A DNA stretch of 64,000 nucleotides from Trypanosoma brucei (taxonomy: Eukaryota). The position numbers and the translations under genes were made by a program. The notes under the pieces are model-generated. The model had not been told where the DNA came from and ran no database searches. It was given only the letters and a program-made list of their open reading frames with translations. The stretch's first letter is position 1. Each line of letters begins with the position of its first letter. The stretch lies in assembly GCA_000002445.1 (NCBI GenBank), contig CM000207.1, positions 832,001 through 896,000 on the forward strand, given 5' to 3'. This document shows, piece after piece, positions 49,496 through 60,804 of this stretch.

Positions 49496-50638
49496 ATGCA
49501 GCGCTGTAAGCTTCTGCGTTCTATTGATTTTAGCGGCGTTCGGCTACCCCGAAAGTACATATCTATGGGCGGATGGTGCGGCCCTGCGTTGTTGCTCGGG
49601 AAGGTGGGGCTACGCACTGAGGCCTATCCTTTTGACTTTAGCCGGTGTACCCTCGATGGTATTTTACATTTCATCCAGAACGGTTTCTCGTGCGGCTTTT
49701 ACCCACCGGAGCCGCCTCCATATAAACCTGAATGCGTTGGCATTTGGGTTTTATTTCGCGGACTGCATACAGCCTTTGCTCACTTCGACCTTAACGATCC
49801 CAAAATAAAGGCCCAGTTCAGTCGCAAGATGGCTCGTTGGAACAACATCATTGATAAACCAGATATGCCGGTCACCTTCTTTCGCTCTATAGTTTCCCGC
49901 GATCCTCTGGAGGAGGTTCATCTCATGCCCGCAGTTGAGGCCGCCATCGCGGCGCGAAACCCCTCTCTTGACTTTCGCATTGTTATGATTGCACATGATC
50001 AAGGTCTTGTTGCCCGCAGTGTGGAGCTCAAACCACTCTCCAAGAGGATATCGCTGTGGGTACTGACATATACTCGCGACGATACCTTCACTCTCTTTGA
50101 CCGCTCGCAGGAGGCTTATACTGATATTGTTTTGCACAGTGTCAACGAGGAGAACTGGCCGCTCGATCCAACGACGGTGCCACAGCCCGTCGGACTGACG
50201 GAGTCCGAGGCGGATTATCAGCAGTGCGTTTTGCGGAAGGCTGATGGAACAGACGTAAGTTTCGAATCCTTAACGGCCAGTGGGTTTCCATGGCGCAGCC
50301 ATACCAACCTTTCTCTTATCGACGGTGTGGCTAGTGTGGGCGGCACTTGCACTGGTATTGGTAGCACAAAGTGCGTTGGTGGACGCTGCGCGTTTTGCAG
50401 TAACACAGATTATCACAAGGCTGGGCGACCGTTTCACAGTGAGCGTCCCTTCACGATAGAGGAGGATGAGTTGATACTGGTTCATCTTTACCGCATCCTC
50501 ACCGGTGGGGACAAAGTAGAGGCAGTTGAAGACCTTGCTCACCAGATGAAACGGGGTGCGTTTGAAGTAATCTGTCGAATTCAGCATTTGACAAACTCCA
50601 GTGTGAAGATAATGGATTACTCAAGTGATGGAGCGTGA
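49496..50638 (+). CDS. DUF1796-like protein, a putative papain-fold family that is mostly bacterial or viral
   Basis: The N-terminus ...YISMGGWCGPALLLGKVGLRTEAYPFDFSRCTLDGILHFIQNGF fits the DUF1796 N-terminal pattern I-S-L-G-x-x-C-x-x-A-x-x-L-x-x-x-G-L-R-x-x-[AS]-[YF]-P-F-D-W as I remember it. 380 aa. The family call is from memory and not verified. Confidence 0.5.
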   Translation: MQRCKLLRSIDFSGVRLPRKYISMGGWCGPALLLGKVGLRTEAYPFDFSRCTLDGILHFIQNGFSCGFYPPEPPPYKPECVGIWVLFRGLHTAFAHFDLNDPKIKAQFSRKMARWNNIIDKPDMPVTFFRSIVSRDPLEEVHLMPAVEAAIAARNPSLDFRIVMIAHDQGLVARSVELKPLSKRISLWVLTYTRDDTFTLFDRSQEAYTDIVLHSVNEENWPLDPTTVPQPVGLTESEADYQQCVLRKADGTDVSFESLTASGFPWRSHTNLSLIDGVASVGGTCTGIGSTKCVGGRCAFCSNTDYHKAGRPFHSERPFTIEEDELILVHLYRILTGGDKVEAVEDLAHQMKRGAFEVICRIQHLTNSSVKIMDYSSDGA

Positions 50639-51017
50639 AGGAGTTAGGTGGGTGGATGTGCTCGTCCGCACATTAACTCTACCTTGCCAGGTACCATCTC
50701 AGCTCACCATACGTTTCTTATATTGGTTCATACATTCATTATTTTTGTTTCTACTACTGGGTTGAATACGAGTTGTAATATTACTTCCCAGTGTGTACTT
50801 CTTGCGTACATGTGCCTGTTTCGGGCTTTGCATGTGTTTTTTATTGGCGTACTGGTTCTGCCCTATGTAAACAGTGAGTCAGCTGTTGTGTCCGCTCTCA
50901 CTGGGCTGTGTTCATAGTATCATATAGAAAAGGAAAAGGATAGCAGAGTGAAGTGGAGTGGAGTGGTTAAAAAAAAAAAATCGGCGGCCAGCTAACACAT
51001 TAGGATTGCGTGCCGGC

Positions 51018-52268
51018 ATGGCCTACCCGGTAGTTGTAATCGACAATGGGACAGGCTACACAAAGATGGGCTACGCTGGAAACGAGGAGCCGACATATAT
51101 AATCCCAACAGCTTATGCGGATAATGAAGCGTCACGCCGCCGGTCCCATGATGTTTTTAGTGATCTCGACTTTTACGTTGGAGATGAGGCACTTGCTCAC
51201 TCTAGCTCTTGTAACCTTTATCATCCGATTAAGCACGGTATTGTTGAGGACTGGGACAAGATGGAGCGGATATGGCAGCACTGCGTATACAAATACCTCC
51301 GCGTAGATCCTGAAGAACATGGCTTCATACTCACTGAACCCCCTGCAAATCCCCCAGAGAACCGCGAACATACGGCGGAAGTTATGTTCGAAACCTTTGG
51401 TGTGAAGCAGTTGCACATTGCGGTGCAGGGTGCGCTAGCGTTGCGAGCGTCGTGGACGTCAGGAAAGGCGCAACAATTGGGTCTTGTGGGGGAAAACACG
51501 GGTGTTGTTGTGGATTCTGGCGATGGCGTGACGCACATCGTGCCTATTGTCGATGGTTTTGTAATGCATAACGCTATCCAACATATCCCACTTGCGGGGC
51601 GGGACATCACGAACTTTGTGCTCGAGTGGTTGCGCGAGCGGGGCGAGCCGGTGCCAGCTGACGATGCGCTATACTTAGCCCAACACATAAAGGAGAAGTA
51701 CTGCTACATCGCACGCAACATAGCACGGGAATTTGAGACGTATGATAGTGACCTTCCAAATCACATTACTAAGCACCACGCGGTGAACAGGAAGACAGGG
51801 GAGTCATATACGGTAGATGTCGGCTACGAGAAGTTTCTCGGACCCGAGATGTTCTTCAGCCCAGACATATTTAGCAGAGAGTGGACGTTGCCGCTCCCCG
51901 ATGTTATTGACAAGGCCATTTGGTCCTGTCCAATTGACTGTAGGCGGCCGCTTTATCGCAACGTTGTACTTTCAGGTGGGACGACGATGTTTCCCAAATT
52001 CGACAAACGGCTACAGAAGGATCTGCGTGCACTCGTGAGTCGTCGCGCAAAGAAATTCACAAAGGCTCTTGGGGACCCCAGTAAGCAAATTACATATGAT
52101 GTCAATGTGGTGGCGCATGAGCGGCAGCGGTATGCAGTGTGGTACGGTGGAAGTATGCTTGGGATGAGCCCAGACTTTGCAGCGGTGGCGAAGACAAAGC
52201 AGGAGTATGACGAACACGGTCCATATGTTTGTCGGCGGAACAACATGTTCCACTCTGTTTTTGAGTAG
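51018..52268 (+). CDS. ARP3: Actin-related protein 3 (ARP3), a subunit of the Arp2/3 complex
   Basis: The 416-aa product from MAYPVVVIDNGTGYTKMGYAGNEEPTYIIPT follows human ARP3 throughout. Matching blocks include HGIVEDWDKMER, FILTEPPANPPENREHTAEVMFETF, VDSGDGVTHIVPIVDGFV, HIPLAGRDIT, VGYEKFLGPEMFF, CPIDCRRPLYRNVVLSGGTTMF, ERQRYAVWYGGSML and GPYVCRRN. Confidence 0.9.
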   Translation: MAYPVVVIDNGTGYTKMGYAGNEEPTYIIPTAYADNEASRRRSHDVFSDLDFYVGDEALAHSSSCNLYHPIKHGIVEDWDKMERIWQHCVYKYLRVDPEEHGFILTEPPANPPENREHTAEVMFETFGVKQLHIAVQGALALRASWTSGKAQQLGLVGENTGVVVDSGDGVTHIVPIVDGFVMHNAIQHIPLAGRDITNFVLEWLRERGEPVPADDALYLAQHIKEKYCYIARNIAREFETYDSDLPNHITKHHAVNRKTGESYTVDVGYEKFLGPEMFFSPDIFSREWTLPLPDVIDKAIWSCPIDCRRPLYRNVVLSGGTTMFPKFDKRLQKDLRALVSRRAKKFTKALGDPSKQITYDVNVVAHERQRYAVWYGGSMLGMSPDFAAVAKTKQEYDEHGPYVCRRNNMFHSVFE

Positions 52269-52680
52269 TGGAACGTTATCTCCCATTGCTGATATTGTTC
52301 CGCTTTACTTGTGATTCCCTCCCCCGTTGTACATGAATAAATATTTGCTTTTGTGCACGTGTTTGTGCCTCTACCTGTGGGCGAGTCCAACCCACCCCCC
52401 CCCCCCTGCTGGGGGCTGGGGGCTCAACAGGCTGCAACTTTGTCGTGTAAAAGCAGTTTTTTTTTAAAAAATGTACTGTTTTGTGGGTTTGTGGAAAATA
52501 GATGAATTCCCACCGAGGGGAAAAAATTGTCCTCGACGGCCACAGTACGGGTAATACACGAGTCGTTTGCCTCTTTTTACTTTTGGTGTTGCTTGGAACT
52601 GTTGTCATATGCGCAGCGGCTGCATCTTGCAATTGCAGTAGGGCATATACAGTGCGGCGTGAGGTAGAAAAAGGAAGTGT

Positions 52681-53469
52681 TTGTGCGCGGTGTGTGCACG
52701 TGTACCTTTGTTAACGACGTCCGCCTCCTCATTGTTCCGCAAACTCTTCGCTCCTGAGGAGGTTGCCGCGGCGTATGCAACGCTCCAGGAGTCTCAACTA
52801 TTTGACAAGGCACCATCTCTTTTCCGCGTGAGTTGGCGTAACGATGGTCAAGTGCCAATGCGCTCTAAGATGGAACTGTCAGTCCCACTGCTTCGCATGC
52901 GGACCGGTGCAAAGCATGAAATTCCCTCGGCACTGCTACTAGTTGCTCAAGGTCTCGAGGCTGCGGCAATGGATTTTGCTTACGGTATAGCACAGCAACC
53001 GTCCATGCAATCTTGGGCGGGTGAGGACCTTCTCAAGGACATTGGACGACGTTCTGTCTTTCGAATATGGCGGTACGACGCTGGTGTTGGGTGTAGACCT
53101 CATTACGATCCTGGAATTTGCACTGCGCTTTTGAAAGCTTCTGCTGGGGGGTTGGAATTTGGCAAATATCCATGCAGAAGCCATGGTAATGATGAAAATA
53201 CATTGCTGCAACCCGACTGGTTTCCTCCACAACTGCCGGTGGATACTGCCGACACCATGGTATTGGCGGGGAACATGACAGGGCTCCTATCAAGAGGTGC
53301 GATTCCCGCCGTGCTGCACCGCGTGCGCTCCGACTGGGCCGACCATGTGGACTCCAAACGTTATAGTCTCGTTGTAGAGCTACGCCCGGCGGAGCCTAAC
53401 CGTTGGTATAAACTACTTGGGCATTGCAGCGTCGCTCACGGCTGCGTTTCTCTTAGAGGATGCGGCTAA
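52681..53469 (+). CDS. 2-oxoglutarate/Fe(II)-dependent dioxygenase family protein
   Basis: The facial triad and 2OG-binding residues are spaced as expected: RPHYDPG (HxD) ...about 75 aa... AVLHRV (distal His) ...10 aa... KRYSLVVELRP (RxS). The product is 262 aa. The start Met is uncertain, with several in-frame Mets. Confidence 0.5.
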   Translation: MCAVCARVPLLTTSASSLFRKLFAPEEVAAAYATLQESQLFDKAPSLFRVSWRNDGQVPMRSKMELSVPLLRMRTGAKHEIPSALLLVAQGLEAAAMDFAYGIAQQPSMQSWAGEDLLKDIGRRSVFRIWRYDAGVGCRPHYDPGICTALLKASAGGLEFGKYPCRSHGNDENTLLQPDWFPPQLPVDTADTMVLAGNMTGLLSRGAIPAVLHRVRSDWADHVDSKRYSLVVELRPAEPNRWYKLLGHCSVAHGCVSLRGCG

Positions 53470-53561
53470 GAGGTAGTTCACCCCAGCTCCGCGCGTATAA
53501 GCAATACACTCTGTGAGTCTCATTGAGCATAGCTTTGCCAGTAGTGTTACAAAGCAGTGAA

Positions 53562-53585
53562 TGTGTGTGTGTGTGTGTGTGTGTG
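53562..53585. repeat. (TG)n microsatellite
   Basis: Direct read downstream of the 2OG oxygenase gene. Confidence 0.95.
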
Positions 53586-54098
53586 CGTGGGGGTTGAGCG
53601 GTGTAAAAAAGGAGTGTGGATAAGAGTAGCCTCCCTTCGTGTATTTCTGCACCCTCACGTAGTGCCCGTTCATGATTTATGGGATTAGCTGTCGTATTAT
53701 GATCATGGGGAGGGTCTGGTGCGTGTTGTGTTAACGGACGCAGCTTCTCAAGCAAAACCTCACTTAACTTGTTCAACTTTGGGCATATTTTTGTTCCTTT
53801 GTTCTTAACCAAGTGCATGCTGTTTCCTTTCTTACCTTCTTAGTATTGCATTAAGGAAGAAAGTTTTCCTCCCTTTGTAGATTTGCAGAGATTTAGTAGA
53901 GTGACGAACAAGTGTGGATTCCCACACTTTTTTGTTATCGTCTCTTCCTCGAAGCATATACTTGCGCCTGTGTTTTAATAACAAAGAGGCCTAATCAAAT
54001 AAGCAATTTCATCAATACTCACGTACATATACATATCATTATCTTGATAGTGTCGTTAACGGGCTGTTCACTTCTCTTTTACTCATCGAGTCGGCGAT

Positions 54099-56324
54099 AT
54101 GATGACAAAAACCTATGGGTCGAAAAACCCGTCTTCCAATGTGCCCCTTCATTTGGCTGGACCACCTCCCTTTGCCTTCTCAGACGGACGCGCGCCGACC
54201 CGGGGGAACATGCGAAGTTTTCCAACGCCTTCATCAGCCGGGCTTTCGAGCTCGGTGCACCTCCCTCCCCGATCCCAGGGCAGCGACAGGCGGTCGTTTG
54301 TTTTGAGCGAGATCAGTGGTGCGAGTGACCAACTTCTAAGGACTCTGCACCGTGAACTGTGCAATCTCTCAGCGCACACTGAATCGGGTGTCTCGAGATC
54401 GTGTAGAGGTGAGAGCACTAACCGTGACAGTGCAAGTCCATCCCGTGCCAACATAACAGGACATGGCTTCGACGAGCAGGCACCTATATCCCAGTTATCA
54501 AGCGAAGAGGTACGAACTGCCCTCTCTCTGATAATTCACAAACAGAACCTAGACCTAAAGTCGAGACACCAGCGCCTGAGGCAACTTGCTGAAGAGAATA
54601 AAAAAGGAGATACAATGGGAACGTCATCTGACGGCGGTGTTCTCAACGAACCATGTTGCTTGGTGTTGCACAGAATACTTGCTGAGGCACGCCGCCGGTG
54701 GATGCGTATTCTTTCCTCGCGTGTGCAGGGGCTGAAGAAAGAATTGCCGGTGAGGGAACATCCACAGTCTAATGATGCCCATACTACGAGCGGTGTGAGC
54801 AATGCTAATGCCCTGGATGACAGCATTAGCGGTGTTGACAGTGACGAAGAAATGGAGTGGTCAGTAGAACATCTGTACGAGACACTGGTGTCTGGTCTCA
54901 ATAGCACTGTGACGGAGGAGTTGATCGTGACAGAAATACTGGGGGGAGACACGACGGCGTTACACGATGGTATCGACGCCTTTGGGTTGTTAACTGTGTT
55001 TCGCGCACCTGTTCAGGCAATGCTGGTCCAGCATCAGGAAGCTCTGGCACCGAGTCTCTCTACGCTCCGCCAATATTTCGCAGCGCTTCATCCGTCAGCG
55101 GGTTGCCCGCGGGCTCACGGGTCAGCGAGTCGTGCGGCTGCTTGCAGTGCTTACAGCCAATTGAATGACTTCTTGAATCCTGGTGGTAGCACCCCTAAAT
55201 CGGTGGCGGCCGCACTGCGAAGAGGTGCGAGTCCGTCGATGCGGCGTCTGCTCTACGCACGAGCACTTCAGCTGCAATTGGTCGTGTTGGAGGGTGGCTC
55301 AACAAACAATGCGCCCGGGGAATTGCATGGTAGCAACTGTGGAGATGTCATTGGAAGGTGCGTCTCTTTCGGAACGTCTCGAAATCTTGAGAGCATGAGG
55401 CGGCGCGTACACCACAAATACGCTGTGAAGGGAATGGAAGTTACCGTTAAGGTACTACAAGCTGTTGTGAAAGTAGACAACATGCAAAGCGTGGGTGACA
55501 GCGACAGGTACTTCATCTTCTTGGACGAAACGGAGGCGCTTGGAACCACATTAATTGTGGACAAGGATGTGTCCGATGTGCATCTGAAGTCTACTCTGGC
55601 ACAATTGGGGCGACCACCGGAGCAAATTGAATCATATTTGGTTTACCTTCTTCACGCGGACGTGCCGTCGGCTGACGCGGGACAACAGCGCACCCAACAG
55701 CAGCATCAGCAAACAAAAACACAGCACCTTCTCCCCTCGGGATTTTTTCCCGTTGAGAAGTGCACGTTGCTCATTGCACCTATTTGCTACATTACAGGCG
55801 ACACGACGGAGCAATATAGTCTCGTCGTAGCGCTTTTTGGGCAACTGTGGTGTCGCCTGCAAGGCCCCACTCCGGAGCTGGCGCAATGCTGTTGGATATT
55901 CGAGTCTTTGGTTGTACGCTTTGCCGCGCCTGCGTGTCTGCATGCAACGCGTGCTCTTCGGTACCCGCCACTGCGGCTGGCACTTCGGTGGATGATGACA
56001 GCCTTTGCGGATGTGCTTGAACCGAATGAGCTGCTAAACCTGTGGGATCTTGTCCTCTCTTATCACATCGAAGAGGTATTCAGTGGTCACACATCTTTAA
56101 GTTTGCCGATGTGTGCGTGTGGTCGTTCGAGGGGTTCTCAAAGGTTGCTTCCAGCGCCGTGTGCTCTGTGGCTTTTGCCCATAGTCGCTGCAAGCATATT
56201 TGTATACCGGGCCCCCCTGGTGGAACGTTGTGGAACTGCCGAAGAGATGTTGCTGCTTTTTACTACCGGTCATCATTTACGGTGCCGGCCGCTGTTGCAA
56301 TACCTTCTGTTTATGGCGAAGTGA
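54099..56324 (+). CDS. Hypothetical 741-aa protein. The C-terminal region resembles a Rab-GAP TBC fold only weakly, and no catalytic Arg/Gln fingers are evident.
   Basis: Long ORF on the coding strand. The N-terminal third is Ser/Pro-rich and low in complexity. The C-terminal segment RLALRWMMTAFADVLEPNELLNLWDLVLSYHIEEVF resembles the conserved late helices of TBC domains, but IxxDxxR and YxQ motifs were not found. Confidence 0.45.
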   Translation: MMTKTYGSKNPSSNVPLHLAGPPPFAFSDGRAPTRGNMRSFPTPSSAGLSSSVHLPPRSQGSDRRSFVLSEISGASDQLLRTLHRELCNLSAHTESGVSRSCRGESTNRDSASPSRANITGHGFDEQAPISQLSSEEVRTALSLIIHKQNLDLKSRHQRLRQLAEENKKGDTMGTSSDGGVLNEPCCLVLHRILAEARRRWMRILSSRVQGLKKELPVREHPQSNDAHTTSGVSNANALDDSISGVDSDEEMEWSVEHLYETLVSGLNSTVTEELIVTEILGGDTTALHDGIDAFGLLTVFRAPVQAMLVQHQEALAPSLSTLRQYFAALHPSAGCPRAHGSASRAAACSAYSQLNDFLNPGGSTPKSVAAALRRGASPSMRRLLYARALQLQLVVLEGGSTNNAPGELHGSNCGDVIGRCVSFGTSRNLESMRRRVHHKYAVKGMEVTVKVLQAVVKVDNMQSVGDSDRYFIFLDETEALGTTLIVDKDVSDVHLKSTLAQLGRPPEQIESYLVYLLHADVPSADAGQQRTQQQHQQTKTQHLLPSGFFPVEKCTLLIAPICYITGDTTEQYSLVVALFGQLWCRLQGPTPELAQCCWIFESLVVRFAAPACLHATRALRYPPLRLALRWMMTAFADVLEPNELLNLWDLVLSYHIEEVFSGHTSLSLPMCACGRSRGSQRLLPAPCALWLLPIVAASIFVYRAPLVERCGTAEEMLLLFTTGHHLRCRPLLQYLLFMAK

Positions 56325-56941
56325 TGTTAAAGCGGACAGGAAAAAAGGATAGTAGGGATGACGGTGTAGGTTCGCAACATGCTACTGAATACTCAAAATA
56401 TGTGTATGATGTCGGTGGTTCGTTTGTGAGAGTGTGCTTATGCTGTTGTATCTCTTACTCTCTACATTCCTGTAGTTTTTATCTTTCGTCGTGGAGAGCG
56501 TTAGTTGCGTGTAAGTGGAAAGTTTCGGCATGTATCTGGTGCGTGTATGTGTATATATATACATGGGAGGAGGAACCTTATTTGATCCGATTGCCTGTCA
56601 CACTTCCTTCCCTTTCTTTTTCTTCGTCGAAATTCTTCCCACTAGGGGAAGTAATAAATGTATCGTTTTATTTTCTTTTTTTATTCTTGTGCTACCCACC
56701 ATTTGTTGCGCAAATATTTAGAGGAATTTTCTTCGTAGCACATGGGGAGTGTTCGAATAGGTCGTCATTACTCACCTTTGCCTGTTAACTTGTTTTTGTT
56801 TCATATTGAGACATTCGTTGTCGCTTTGATTACCCGAACGAGTGCCACTGTTCCTTGTTGGGAGAATGGCCCCTATAAACTTTTTCATGTTTTTAACTCT
56901 TCCGTTCCCTTTTCTTTATCGTCTATTCTTAACTTCCTTCA

Positions 56942-57649
56942 ATGTCTTGCGATCAATTAACATGTGCTGATAAGAGAAACTTCGTTGTTATTATGTCTAT
57001 TGAGAGGCTTCGGCGTGAGGTTGAACAGCAGGAGCGCCGCGTGGCCGCCTTGCGAGAAAAAAAGGTCCGTCGCTACGCCGTGTTGTCGCAGGTGCGTCTT
57101 CTTATGAATACCACAGATCCCACAAGCTTTACTGCTTTGAGCAACAGTTTATGGCAGTTACTGCACGATATGGCCGCTGCGGAGACACTTGCGGTTAATG
57201 GTGATGATCCAACCATTACTGAATCGGTGTCTCGCAGCGCATCTGACGGCCTTTTTAGCAAGGAGATGGAGCAACGTATAATGCAGGAGGAGGAACCACC
57301 GTTGAAGGGAGAATGGAGCTATGAGGATGAGGATGAAAGTGTGGACCAAAAGAAAAGAAAGAAAAGGCGCAGAAGGCAAAAACAACGCAAAGAGCGACTA
57401 GGCGGAGTTGAGGCAACGGGTAGGACTTTGGCACTAGCGGAAGACAACGCAAGAAGTGCCCTTCTGGCCGCTGTGGATGCGTTGCAACTCGATGGTGCTC
57501 CACAGCAGGTAGTTGGTGTACCGGAATGGCTTGCAGACGTTGAGACCACTGAGCCGGGGGAATTGTACTCAGGCGGTAAAAGTGACGGTAGCGATAAGGA
57601 GGAAGAAAATGTCTACTCAGATGATTTCGATGAACTTAGCGATGATTAA
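56942..57649 (+). CDS. Hypothetical coiled-coil protein with an acidic C-terminus and a basic KKRKKRRRRQKQRKER patch
   Basis: 235-aa ORF on the coding strand. MSIERLRREVEQQERRVAALREKK is coiled-coil-like. A poly-basic, NLS-like stretch is followed by an acidic tail ending DDFDELSDD. Confidence 0.35.
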   Translation: MSCDQLTCADKRNFVVIMSIERLRREVEQQERRVAALREKKVRRYAVLSQVRLLMNTTDPTSFTALSNSLWQLLHDMAAAETLAVNGDDPTITESVSRSASDGLFSKEMEQRIMQEEEPPLKGEWSYEDEDESVDQKKRKKRRRRQKQRKERLGGVEATGRTLALAEDNARSALLAAVDALQLDGAPQQVVGVPEWLADVETTEPGELYSGGKSDGSDKEEENVYSDDFDELSDD

Positions 57650-57953
57650 ATGGATAACAACGCGAGTTAGAACCGATGACTGTCTTTCTGCGTCTTGTTT
57701 TCATTGCGATTGTTAACGTGATCTTTGCCAGCATCAGGGCACGTTCGCCTCCTTCACGTATTGTTCAAAAAAAGGGGGGGAATAAATTACCCTTAGCAGG
57801 TTTTTGCGGCGTAGAGCTGATTTTGCTTCGTCAGTGTTTGTACCAACGTTATGTTTTCCCAGAAATTGCCTCTGCGGCGTAAATTGGAACAAAACTGTGT
57901 ATCCTCCCCTTTTGACCACCCGGATGGTTTCGTGTGTGCAAACGCATGCATGC

Positions 57954-57973
57954 ATATATATATATATATATAT
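57954..57973. repeat. (AT)n microsatellite
   Basis: Direct read. Confidence 0.9.
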
Positions 57974-59123
57974 TAGCACACGTGTTCTCACACGCAGAAG
58001 TCATATTGTTGGAGCTTTTGACGCTCCTTCACTGTAAGATTACCGTCATTTTTGTCTTTGACCTTTAAGGCACACAAATTTCTGTTTTTGGTCCGCTTGC
58101 CAAAACCTTTCCAGCAGGCAACGGCTGCAGCTCATTTGTTTTCCATGGGTTCTTTCACGTCTGCGGGCCACTCGTGCTGTATTTTGCGGGAGGAGTGGAT
58201 GGCATCATCAAGTACGATGGACGCTGTTGCTGTTCGGTAGGTGGTGACTGTGACGAAGCAACTGTATTTTGCTGTGTGACTTAAGTGCGGAACTCACGGG
58301 GTTTTGTCACAACAACCATCGGCTTGCCAGAGGTGGCACTGACGGGAAAAGTATCGTCACGCTTAGTCTGTCGAAAAATTCGGAAAGCACGTGTTACGGT
58401 GTTTTGCTGGCTTCACAACCACGGGAACGTGAATGATGAGTCGCGACGCATCGCCGTTGAAGTAATCAAAGTATAGAGGGACAGATGCTTTGAACTCTGT
58501 TGCAATTTGCACCACGGCAACTCTTTTCCTTTTGTGTTCGAGAGTGTGGTATCACCACTGAACATATATTTCGGTATTTTCCTGTGCACATTTCTGCCCT
58601 TTACCTCCGTACCTTCCCATGTGAATTGGTCCTGTGGGGCTGGTGTTGTTGGACTTCCCCCCTCCCTCTTGCTCACTTTGTCAGAATTGCGTAACTCTTT
58701 GGTTCAGTTCTTTTCCATTTCACCTGTTTTTATTTTTGATCATTGTTTTCGTTTACTTCCTGTGCTCGGATGTGCTGCCGGAAAATGGATGGGTCTCACA
58801 GATCATTTTCCAGTGAACGTTTTGTCTTTTCACCGTGCGGCTGCCGCCATCCAATTCAGGGAAAGCATCATGCACCATGATAAAGGAATAATTTTATAAC
58901 GTCTGATCCTTACGGCGCTTCAGGTCATGTTTGCTCCATTTTCTCCTTTGATAGTGCGACTTATAGTGAGCTTTGACCATGTATTTTATTTTTCCCCTAT
59001 AAAACATCTGACCTCTCCCTGCTCTGTACACATGGGAGCGATTTATACTAGTATTTGTTGATACTATTGTCTCCGTCTTTTTCTTCCTAATCCTTTTTCC
59101 ATATCGTTGGTAGAGCCAACATA

Positions 59124-60017
59124 ATGATTTACAGCGATAACAACAATCCACGCGAGGACAGCGTATTCCTCCGCGTGAAGCGGGCCGTACGTTGTGGAGG
59201 TCGCGGACCTGTTACGGGCCCCATTCAAATGGTGGATTTTCTTCGCGACTTCCGCTGCTTGGAGGAGGAGCAGCGTGCCTCTGGTAGGAAAGGGGTGACT
59301 CACAAGCAGTTCGTAAAGCTCATGGAACAATACGGTACGAAACTGCGGGAAGGCGACGCTGCATACCTTTGTAAGGCCTTCGATGACGATAATGATGGTT
59401 ACATCAATCCGGAGCGTTTTGTCCGTCACTTTACTGGACTTAACCAGCGGCGTCATAATGCCGTTCTTCGTGCATGGGCATCACTTCCAAAAGACGCGAA
59501 GGGTCGCGTACGGCGGAATCATTTGAACGAGCGTTTCTCTGAGACCGTCACGCACGGAGACGTTTGGGGGACCTTTTCCTCTACCGTTCCACGGGAGGCG
59601 CAGGCCAACAATGCCGATGATGATAGTGATGATCCCACGCTGTGCTTTGAGGAGTTCCTCGCATTCTACGCCGCTGTTAGTGTAGAAATTCCTCTAGATG
59701 AGAAGTTTGAACTCTTCTTGCTGAGGGAGTGGTGTGCCGATTCTTCAAGGGCTCCCGTCATGAACTCGACTTTGCGGGAATGGGGGCAGGGCGGTGATCC
59801 TCTGGCGATTGGGAAACCGCTATACGTACAGGATGTTCTCGACCGCCCGCTAGGGCTCTCCACGAAGAGCTATAATTATGAACACATGAAACGTGTCCAC
59901 CCTTACATCCCCCCGTTGCCACCACTTCAGCTACCATATTTGAGCACGATGCGGAAGGACTACCGTGAATTTTCAACACAAGAGCGCGCCTTGTCGAATA
60001 CACTGCACGGGAGGTAA
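59124..60017 (+). CDS. EF-hand calcium-binding domain protein
   Basis: The canonical 12-residue EF loop DDDNDGYINPER (D-x-D-x-D-G-x-I-x-x-x-E) lies at residues about 86-97, flanked by helices. A second degenerate EF-like pair follows downstream. 297 aa. Confidence 0.55.
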   Translation: MIYSDNNNPREDSVFLRVKRAVRCGGRGPVTGPIQMVDFLRDFRCLEEEQRASGRKGVTHKQFVKLMEQYGTKLREGDAAYLCKAFDDDNDGYINPERFVRHFTGLNQRRHNAVLRAWASLPKDAKGRVRRNHLNERFSETVTHGDVWGTFSSTVPREAQANNADDDSDDPTLCFEEFLAFYAAVSVEIPLDEKFELFLLREWCADSSRAPVMNSTLREWGQGGDPLAIGKPLYVQDVLDRPLGLSTKSYNYEHMKRVHPYIPPLPPLQLPYLSTMRKDYREFSTQERALSNTLHGR

Positions 60018-60804
60018 GCCTGCTTTCTCCCCATGTTCACTGATTTTTCGCCTCTCTTTTCTTAGAATGTTCCATAGGTGTATAGTTGCCGTGACTTTAT
60101 TCTTTGTTTGTGGTGGTGGTGTGTGTTTGCACATCTCTCCTTCATTTATTCATTGCATCCGTTTCTAGAGGCATGAATTTCTGAACCTAGGGTAAATGGT
60201 GGAATGTGATGGAAGGACAAGGAATAATGCACTTGTGTGTGGGTTTGTGTGGAATAAAAAAAAGAAGCAGATACCACTGAAGCGATATGGGTGGGGAGTA
60301 TTGCTCCCCACAGCTTACCATCTCCTCCCATGCGCTTGATGTTTATTTCCTCATTTTCTTCTTTTTCCTTCGCTGTTTTCACTACCCGTTCTGGTGTCGC
60401 CGCGGGACCGCTTAGCGATGGCAAACCGTGCTTGCTATTAGTTTGTCTGCTTTGCTGCTCGCGCCTTGCTGACCAGTTCGTCGTGGATTGTGTGAAGGTT
60501 CGCTTTCAACCACGCATTAATAGTGACACATACCTATTTTTCTTTATCTGTACCATTCGCTATTATTTTCCTCCTTGCGCCTGGCGGCATCCAATGCATT
60601 GCTGTCTTCTCCCTTTCTCGCCTGGTGGCACATGTTCAATCATCATTTAAAAAAAAACAGTAGGGGGCAACTCTGGCCTCACTGAGCGATTTGGAGGGAG
60701 GAAAGGACGAGGAAAATACCAAAGGCAAAAGAGTGGAAGGTAAATAGCCCGATATATTTGGACTGACATCAGGGGTACAACAGTGTCCGTATCGACGTGC
60801 AAAA

